The notes below the pieces were generated by a model. That model searched no databases. It was given only the letters and a program-made list of their open reading frames with translations, and was not told where the DNA came from. A DNA stretch of 64,000 bases, from positions 1 through 64,000 of the forward strand of contig QCDI01000010.1 of the NCBI GenBank assembly GCA_003280965.1, read 5' to 3'. Each line of letters starts with the position of its first letter. The first letter of the stretch is position 1. Made by a program: the position numbers and the translations under genes. Positions 61,894 through 64,000 of this stretch are shown here, in pieces. The DNA is from Prochlorococcus sp. AG-355-B18. GTDB lineage: Bacteria; Cyanobacteriota; Cyanobacteriia; PCC-6307; Cyanobiaceae.

Positions 61894-63312
61894 ATGTCCA
61901 AGGCACATTTCGGTTTAATAGGTCTTGGTGTTATGGGCGAAAATTTAGTTCTTAACGCAGAAAGAAATGGATTTTCTAGTGTAGTTTTTAATAGGACTTA
62001 CTCAAAAACTGAAGAATTTTTACAAGGTCGAGGCCTTGGGAAGAATATTGAGGGAGCTGAAACTCTTCAAGAATTTGTTAACAAGCTAGAGAGACCTAGA
62101 AGAATTCTAATGATGGTAAAAGCTGGACCCGCAACAGATGCTGTCATAGATAACATTTCTGGATATCTCGAGGAAGGAGATTTATTAATAGATGGTGGTA
62201 ATTCTCAATTTAAAGATACAGAAAGAAGGGTAAGCACTCTTGAAAGTAAAAGTTTTGGATACATTGGAATGGGAGTCTCAGGTGGTGCTAAAGGAGCTCT
62301 AGAAGGGCCAAGTATGATGCCTGGTGGTACTAAGGCTTCATATGATGCAATAGAAAGCCTATTGACAAAAATGGCTGCCAAAGTTGAAGACGGACCATGT
62401 GTTGCATATGTTGGACCGGGAGGCTCAGGTCATTTTGTGAAAACTGTTCATAACGGAATTGAATATGGAATTGAGCAAATACTCGCAGAAGCTTATGACC
62501 TTATGAAGAGAGTCAAAGGTATGAATGGAAAACAGATGTCAGAGGTATTTGGTATTTGGAATAATACTGATGAATTATCTTCCTATCTTGTTGAGATAAC
62601 AGAGATTTGTCTAGATACACAAGATGAGATAACTGGAGATGATGTCGTTGAGAAAATATTAGATAAAGCTGGCCAGAAAGGTACTGGGTTATGGACTGTA
62701 GTAAGTGCTTTAGAACTGGGGGTATCAGTCCCAACTATTTATGCCTCTTTAAATGCAAGAGTAATGAGTTCTTTAAAAGAGCAACGTAGTGAGATTGAAA
62801 AAACTATTCCAGCCACAGAAATAGAAGATTTTGATTTAGGAAATATAACTGATGGAATGAAACCTTTATTTGATGCTGTAGTCCTTGCCACAATCGCTAG
62901 CTATGCCCAAGGTATGGATATCTTAAGAGAAGCATCTGCAGTATATAACTATGGTTTGAATATGCCATCAATTGCTCAGATATGGAAAGGTGGTTGCATA
63001 ATTAGATCAAAATTATTAAGTAAAATTCAAGATGCTTATAACAAAGACCCTAATCTAAAAAATTTAATTTTTGATGATTGGTTCAATAATGAAATTGCGA
63101 TGAGATTAGATAACTTAGCTAATGTGGTTTCTTTATCCACAAAAGCTGGTATACCAGTCCCATGTCTGTCCAGTACTTTAGATTATTTGAATAGTTATAG
63201 AACCAATAGACTTCCCCAGAATCTTGTTCAGGCAATGAGAGATTGTTTTGGCTCTCATACATATGAAAGAATTGATATGGAAGGTAGTTTTCATACTGAA
63301 TGGATGAAATGA
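61894..63312 (+). CDS. gnd: 6-phosphogluconate dehydrogenase
   Basis: GLGVMG, VHNGIEYG, QKGTG, RDCFGSHTY. Confidence 0.97.
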   Translation: MSKAHFGLIGLGVMGENLVLNAERNGFSSVVFNRTYSKTEEFLQGRGLGKNIEGAETLQEFVNKLERPRRILMMVKAGPATDAVIDNISGYLEEGDLLIDGGNSQFKDTERRVSTLESKSFGYIGMGVSGGAKGALEGPSMMPGGTKASYDAIESLLTKMAAKVEDGPCVAYVGPGGSGHFVKTVHNGIEYGIEQILAEAYDLMKRVKGMNGKQMSEVFGIWNNTDELSSYLVEITEICLDTQDEITGDDVVEKILDKAGQKGTGLWTVVSALELGVSVPTIYASLNARVMSSLKEQRSEIEKTIPATEIEDFDLGNITDGMKPLFDAVVLATIASYAQGMDILREASAVYNYGLNMPSIAQIWKGGCIIRSKLLSKIQDAYNKDPNLKNLIFDDWFNNEIAMRLDNLANVVSLSTKAGIPVPCLSSTLDYLNSYRTNRLPQNLVQAMRDCFGSHTYERIDMEGSFHTEWMK

Positions 63313-64000
63313 TTGAAAAGGTCAAAAACGGATACACCATAAACATATACAAAGACAAGTTAGAACTATCAAAAGAGGTTTTTAAGTTTATTGAAAGCCA
63401 TATTATTGCTCATACATTAAAAAATAAAGAAAGATTTAAATTTTGTGTAAGTGGAGGCTCAACTCCTAAGTCTGTGTATCAACTGCTTTCTAAAAGCAAT
63501 CTTAAATGGGATTTTGTTGATGTCTTTTTAGGAGATGAAAGATGTGTTGATCCAAATTCAGAATTAAGTAACTCGTTAATGTTGAAGAATTCATTGTTAA
63601 CTAATTTTGGATCTAAAGCTTTTTTTTATGAGATTTTCAATGATTTAAATGCTGATGATGAAGCTACAAAAAATCAATTTATTTCAAAATTAATTGAAAA
63701 ATGCGGATCAAACCCTCCAACCTTTGATTTAACATTATTAGGTCTTGGAGATGATGGTCATACAGCCTCATTATTCCCTTACCAAGAAAATAATAATGTA
63801 GATGATTTTGTTATTTTTAATGAAGGTAAAGGATTAAAAAGAATTTCATTAACTCCAAAGGTCCTTTCAGCCTCTTCAAAGATAGTATTTTTGGTTAGTG
63901 GTGCCTCTAAAAGAATTGCTCTTGAGAGGTTATTAGATGAAAAAGAGCCACCAGATAGAACACCATCAAAATTAATAAAATCTATTAATCAAATTTCAAT
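63309..64000 (+). CDS. pgl: 6-phosphogluconolactonase (3' truncated by window)
   Basis: Manual translation: SGGSTP, GDERCV, LGLGDDGHTASLFP; ATGA overlap with gnd. Confidence 0.92.
   Translation, partial: MIEKVKNGYTINIYKDKLELSKEVFKFIESHIIAHTLKNKERFKFCVSGGSTPKSVYQLLSKSNLKWDFVDVFLGDERCVDPNSELSNSLMLKNSLLTNFGSKAFFYEIFNDLNADDEATKNQFISKLIEKCGSNPPTFDLTLLGLGDDGHTASLFPYQENNNVDDFVIFNEGKGLKRISLTPKVLSASSKIVFLVSGASKRIALERLLDEKEPPDRTPSKLIKSINQIS

Overview
Strongly AT-rich, gene-dense window that reads as a high-light-type Prochlorococcus chromosome segment (inferred from gene content and protein sequences). Positions ~1-16.2 kb are the variable phosphate-acquisition region: phoB-phoR, an atypical secreted alkaline phosphatase, a Som/PhoE-type porin, pstS and pstCAB. 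Embedded in it is an arsenate module (arsR divergent from gap-arsJ-chrA, with a clear double ArsR operator), along with several small unknown genes preceded by Pho-box-like 11-bp-period repeats. Positions ~16.2-29.8 kb hold many small hypothetical ORFs, candidate sRNAs, the four-gene exonuclease/ATP-ligase/Lhr/PdeM repair cluster and a DUF2130-like gene. Positions ~29.9-64 kb are core genes (petN, psb29, clpP, ftsH, sipA, M16 peptidases, pcyA, devBCA, rpsB-tsf, recG, sir, glyS, chlP, typA, lptB, ccsA, rpe, glpX, hemA, glgC, gnd, partial pgl). I saw no tRNA, rRNA, integrase, transposase or CRISPR array. The most unusual signals are: (i) a 12-bp hairpin upstream of phoB whose loop carries a near-perfect Yfr1 sRNA motif, with a possible Pho-box promoter and a complementary site at the porin start codon, plus a related element just after pstB; (ii) a Pho-boxed operon of unknown small proteins including a heptad-repeat lipoprotein; (iii) a pair of paralogous small His-containing helical proteins, one missed by the ORF track. 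All assignments are by eye; no searches were run.
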